From Mustelus asterias (Eukaryota): a DNA stretch of 64,000 nt. The stretch lies in contig NC_135808.1 of assembly GCF_964213995.1 (NCBI RefSeq), positions 50,716,001 through 50,780,000 of the forward strand, in the 5' to 3' direction. This document shows positions 59,501-64,000 of the stretch, in pieces. Under the pieces are notes generated by a model. It made no database searches. It had not been told where the DNA came from and worked only from the letters and a program-made list of their open reading frames with translations. The position numbers were made by a program, and so were the translations under genes. Within the stretch, counting starts at the first letter, position 1. Every line of letters begins with the position of its first letter.

Positions 59501-62500
59501 TTTCAGAGACTGAGTGCTGCAGCCAAGGTGGAATAGTCACCCAGGGACAACAGGAGGAAGGGTTAGAAACAGAAACGTTTAAACAAAAGTTTATTTATTA
59601 ATGCAACAATTAGTCTTACATTAACGCTGCAATGAAGTTACTGTGAAAATCACCTCGTCGCCACACTCTGACGCCTGTTTGGGTACACTGAGGGAGAATT
59701 TAGCATGGCCAATACTCCTAACCAGCACATCTTGCAGACAGTGGGAGGAAACCGGAGCACCCGGAGGAAACCCACACAGACACGGGGAGAACATGCAGAC
59801 TCAGCACAGACTGTGACCCAAGATGAGAATCGAACCCGGTTCCCTGGCCCTGTGAGGCATCAGTGCTAATCACTGTGCCACCGTATCACCCCTTAAGTGA
59901 CTGACTGTAGTGTTCACCCATTGAGGTTACTCAGCAACTTGGGCATGTGTGTACCCAGGGGAGGGTAACGTGTACCAATTCTGGGGGAGCTGTCATGGAA
60001 CAGAGCAAATTGGGGTTATCGTTTGTGTTTAAACAAACATCCGACTGTCTTCTATTCTTCAGATATATATAGAGTGCTTTCTCCTTTCAATAAAGTTATC
60101 TTTCTTCCTTTTCATACACATTATCTTTCTTATATATTCTTTTTATCATTATTCAATAAAATGGTTGTTTTAACACAATACTTGTCCCAGTCGCTCATTC
60201 CTGTTCCGTCCAGAGTCCGGTTCTGAACCTCAGTGAGACTCTGAAAGGAACTCTCACCGCTCCTTACATGAAAACACTTTATTGGACTGGAAAGTCCCTC
60301 CAGACAAACTGAACCAGATAAGTTGCTGACTATTGTCTGTGTAAAAGGTTCTGAGCAAATGATTCAGGGTCAGAGATGGAGTTCGGGAAAAAGGACACAA
60401 CATACAAACTACTGAAGAGACCTGAATTTAATAATCTGGCCATCAGCTCTGACATTGGAACTAGATAGGGGGAGATAAGCAAAGATCCAGAGTGAGAGAC
60501 CTCCCCACCCCCCACACCTCCTTTGACATGAAATGGTTAATATGGCCGAAAGAGTAAGAAAACAGTTTTTTAAACGATCGAGGCAATAGAGAAACTGACT
60601 TGAAGAGAATCGTGGCCAGAAGGAATAAAAAACAAAAAATGAGAAGGAATCTGTGTTTGAGACAATTGAAGGGTCTGGAAAAATAATTTTTCCCAACAAC
60701 TGACCACAAGTTGGGTTCAGGTAAAGGGAGAGCTGGACAAAGGATGGGTGGGTGTATTAGTGAGTGTATTAATCAGCGACACAAAGTAGGAACACAGGAT
60801 TAACACCATGATGACAGGCAGAGCTGGGAGCCTCACTGGAAGTGAAGATACTGGGCCATTGAAAGAGAGGAGAAGAAGCTACATTGTAGAGTTGTGTAGA
60901 CAGCTTCAGGAATTGAGGTCTGAGCTCCCACAGCAGCAGGAGGAGTGGAATGAAATGAGGGGGAGCGACTCCCCCAGGACATGCCAGAGTGAGGGATAAG
61001 GTAGTGGTTAAGGGAGCACTGGAATGCCCGGGATTTACCCTCCAATGATGGCAAGGACCAGGATGTTCCAATCGGGAGCCTGGAGGTGAGCGACAATTTG
61101 ACCAGCCTCGTCCTTACCTTATTGGCTGATGGGGCTACAGAAAAGTGACCACACTTGTGCCCCCTGGGTAAGAAAAGAGTCAGGAGGAGTGTGAGTGACA
61201 GAGCAGGAAGTGAATTCAATGTCAGACATACAACTTCAGGGGGAAAGTAGACCAGAGGGGTTCCAACTCATTAATATGACTGACTCACAGTCTGAAGGGA
61301 GGGGATGGGACATGTTGTCTCAGGAATTGATAGATAATGTTAGGACAGATATTGAAGATATAAGATTTAGTACGGTGCCTCCACACACATATCAGACTGT
61401 GGAGAAATTCCATATTATCAATGTACAGGAAAACTGACAGGAATTAGTAGTTACACAGCCCGTGACAGGAGCTGGGAGAAACACAATCACATTTCTGATC
61501 AGTTTATCACAGGAAGATAATGACGGAACATATCAGGGACAGAGGGACAGAAACCTCTTGAAGTTTCTGTCTTCAAGTCAGAAAGACTTGAAGACTTTCA
61601 AGACCGTCCAAACCTCCCCTACACACTGCTGCATTCTCACAGGAGATTGCTTTCTACCTCATAGAACCCCGACAGTGCAGGAGGCCAATCGACCCAGCTA
61701 ATCTGCACCGACAACAATCCTCCCCAGCCCCTATCCCCATAACCCCATTTATTCACCCTGCTAATCCCTCTAACCTACACATCTTGGGACACTCATGGTC
61801 AATTTATCTTGGCCAATCAATCTAACCTGCACATCTTTGGAGTGTTGGAGGATACTGGAGCACCCGGAGGAAACCCACACAGACACCGGGAGAATGTGCA
61901 AACTCCACACAGTCACACCAGGCCGGAATTGAACCCAGGTCCCTGGCGCTGTGAGGCAGCAGTGCTAACCACTGAGCCATTGTGCCTCCCGAGTCATTTA
62001 TTTCACACACAAACACAGAAAATGCTGGAAAATCTCAGCAGGTCTGACAGCATCTGTGGAGAGAGAGCAGGGCCAACGTTTCAAGCCTAGAGTCTTGAGG
62101 GCGAGCGACTACCCAGGAGATGCCAGAGTGAGGGATAAGGTAATGGTTCAGCGGGAACCGGAACGCCCGGGATTTGTTTCAGATTTCAGCAGACGCAGTA
62201 TTTTGCTTTTATCTTAGACATCTATTTTATTGAATCTTTATTTAACCAGGTGAGTCAGTTGAGAACCAATTCTCATTTACAACAACAACCTGACCAAGAG
62301 GCTATCGCCACAGCAACAGAAATGACAAAATACAATTGATTGAAAGATTAAAAACAATCCAACCCAAATTAGCAGTGACAGAGAATTGACAGTTTAGTCA
62401 GTACAAGGATCAGTTAACAGAGATTTAACCTTTCAGTGAAAGGTTTCCATGGACAGGATGAGATTCTTATCCGCAGGATTAGAGACTGACATTAATCACA

Positions 62501-62914
62501 CTTTCTGCTACAGATCCCTGACTCCATTACGGTGACAAACTCTCATCGTGTGGGTCCGACCCTCACTGGTTATGTATTCAGTCCAAGGTGGGACAGGATG
62601 TTAAACATCGACGCTGCCCCAGACCGAATGTCTCGGGGAGCAGTGGAAAGAACCCTGACCACAACCAGAAAGTTGATGGAACAAAGCAATCGAACAATCC
62701 CAAGGGGAAGGGGGCAGGTGAACCTGGCCACAGGAAAGACTAGGAAACTGGAGGATTCAGCAAGAAATCGAGGGGAGATGGTGAGAATGCAGAATAAATG
62801 GAGGGAAGTAGGGAGGGTGACAGCAGCTGGTGAAACTGTTACAGTTTAATAGTTAGTCTGTGTATTTGCTGTTATCAGAGAGCTGTTGTTATCCAAAGTG
62901 GTGCAGATGCTCAT

Positions 62915-64000
62915 TGTAATAACTGGAGGAGACTCGATTTGGAAATAACTAACTAAAGGCTTTATTGATGAGAACTATTTACAATGAAGGGTTTAACAGC
63001 ACAACGATACAGGTCTACTCCCAACAACATCCTGACTCCAACTGAAGCCTCCAGCCCCAGGAATGATCACCCTCACTCCCGATTGGCCCAATATCACATC
63101 CTCACACTCCATTGGCTCCAGCCTGGTCATGTGGCCCGTGAAGGATTGCCCCTGAAAGGGGCCAGGCTCACACACTCCTTCCCCCGTAACATCTTGGACT
63201 CTCTATGATAAAACACAAAGTAAAACAGTTAACACATAGGCAGAGAAACAACAATATTACAGAAGGGACACCAGGGAAAGACAGTTCATAATGTCAGCTG
63301 GTCCAGAGATTTCCAGAACCTTGCGGAACGCTGCAACTCTGTCAGGGGCTCTTCAGCAGCCATCGACACGGGATCCACTGATGGGGTGGGCGTGCTAACC
63401 ACCTCTGGAGCTAGGCCCTGGACGGCCCTTTCCTCTGACTCACCCACCCAAGCCAGAGGCTGCCTTGGCCTCACCATGGACATGGAGCTGTCTTGTTCAG
63501 AGGCTGGTACACACAAACTGGATACAGGGCCCACTTGCTCAGCTCCTGGAACTGGCTCTACTCTCTTGCGTAGGTGGCCAACATGCTCCTTAACTCAACG
63601 GCCCTGTGTCTCCCCCAAATATGAGACTGGTCCCGTCTTCTCCACAACTCTCCCTGGTGCCCAGGTGGGTCCGCCACCCAAATTCCCTCTCAACATGAGA
63701 TCGCCATCATTAAACAATCTGTCCCCTTTCTGAGAGTCACAATATTCTTTCTGAGAGGCTTGCCGAGCCTCCACCCCCCCCGACAAATTTGGAGACACTA
63801 AATCTAAACAGGTACACAGGCACCGACCCATTAACAACTCTGCAGGTGTGACCTCGGCATGACCCCAGTGATGGCGTGAGGTGTAGTGTTGTATGACAGC
63901 AAATAACTGCCCAATCGCAATGGTCACAGTCTATGAGCCTTCTTCACATGGAGCGGTGAACGTCAGCATGGCTCGCTCCACCAACCCATTCGAGGCAGGA
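62915..64000 (-). mobile_element. Inverted copy of the Gypsy integrase/3' LTR
   Basis: Reverse complement of about 1785-2873; LTR at 62915-63174. Confidence 0.92.

Larger units (their letters stand above)
47805..64000 (-). repeat. Right arm of the inverted duplication (runs off the window)
   Basis: Paired near-identical ORFs in the track, e.g. 2938-3255/62532-62849 and 6754-6948/58803-58997. Confidence 0.93.

Overview
Repeat-rich cartilaginous-fish (shark-like) genomic DNA. The host content is one complete, unrearranged immunoglobulin light-chain cluster of the kappa (nurse shark NS4-like) type on the + strand. It comprises a promoter, leader exon (14362-14410), V exon with a perfect 12-RSS, one J with a 23-RSS, and one C exon (22510-22838). 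All splice sites and frames are intact. The ~11.6 kb upstream of V (about 1780-13405) recurs as an inverted copy at about 47805-64000. In that copy the expected second V-J-C is absent, and the homology stops exactly at an internally deleted Gypsy element whose flanks do not form a target-site duplication. The right arm also has 4.4 kb missing from the left arm, including a 37 x 54-bp array carrying RSS heptamers and E-boxes. Between the arms lie nested L2/Harbinger/SINE/CR1 elements, a 150-N assembly gap, and a decayed endogenous retrovirus (tRNA-Phe PBS, spuma/SnRV-like pol, duplicated integrase tail, gamma-type env start). Most short ORFs in the track are TE fragments or noise. TE boundaries and identities were estimated by eye.
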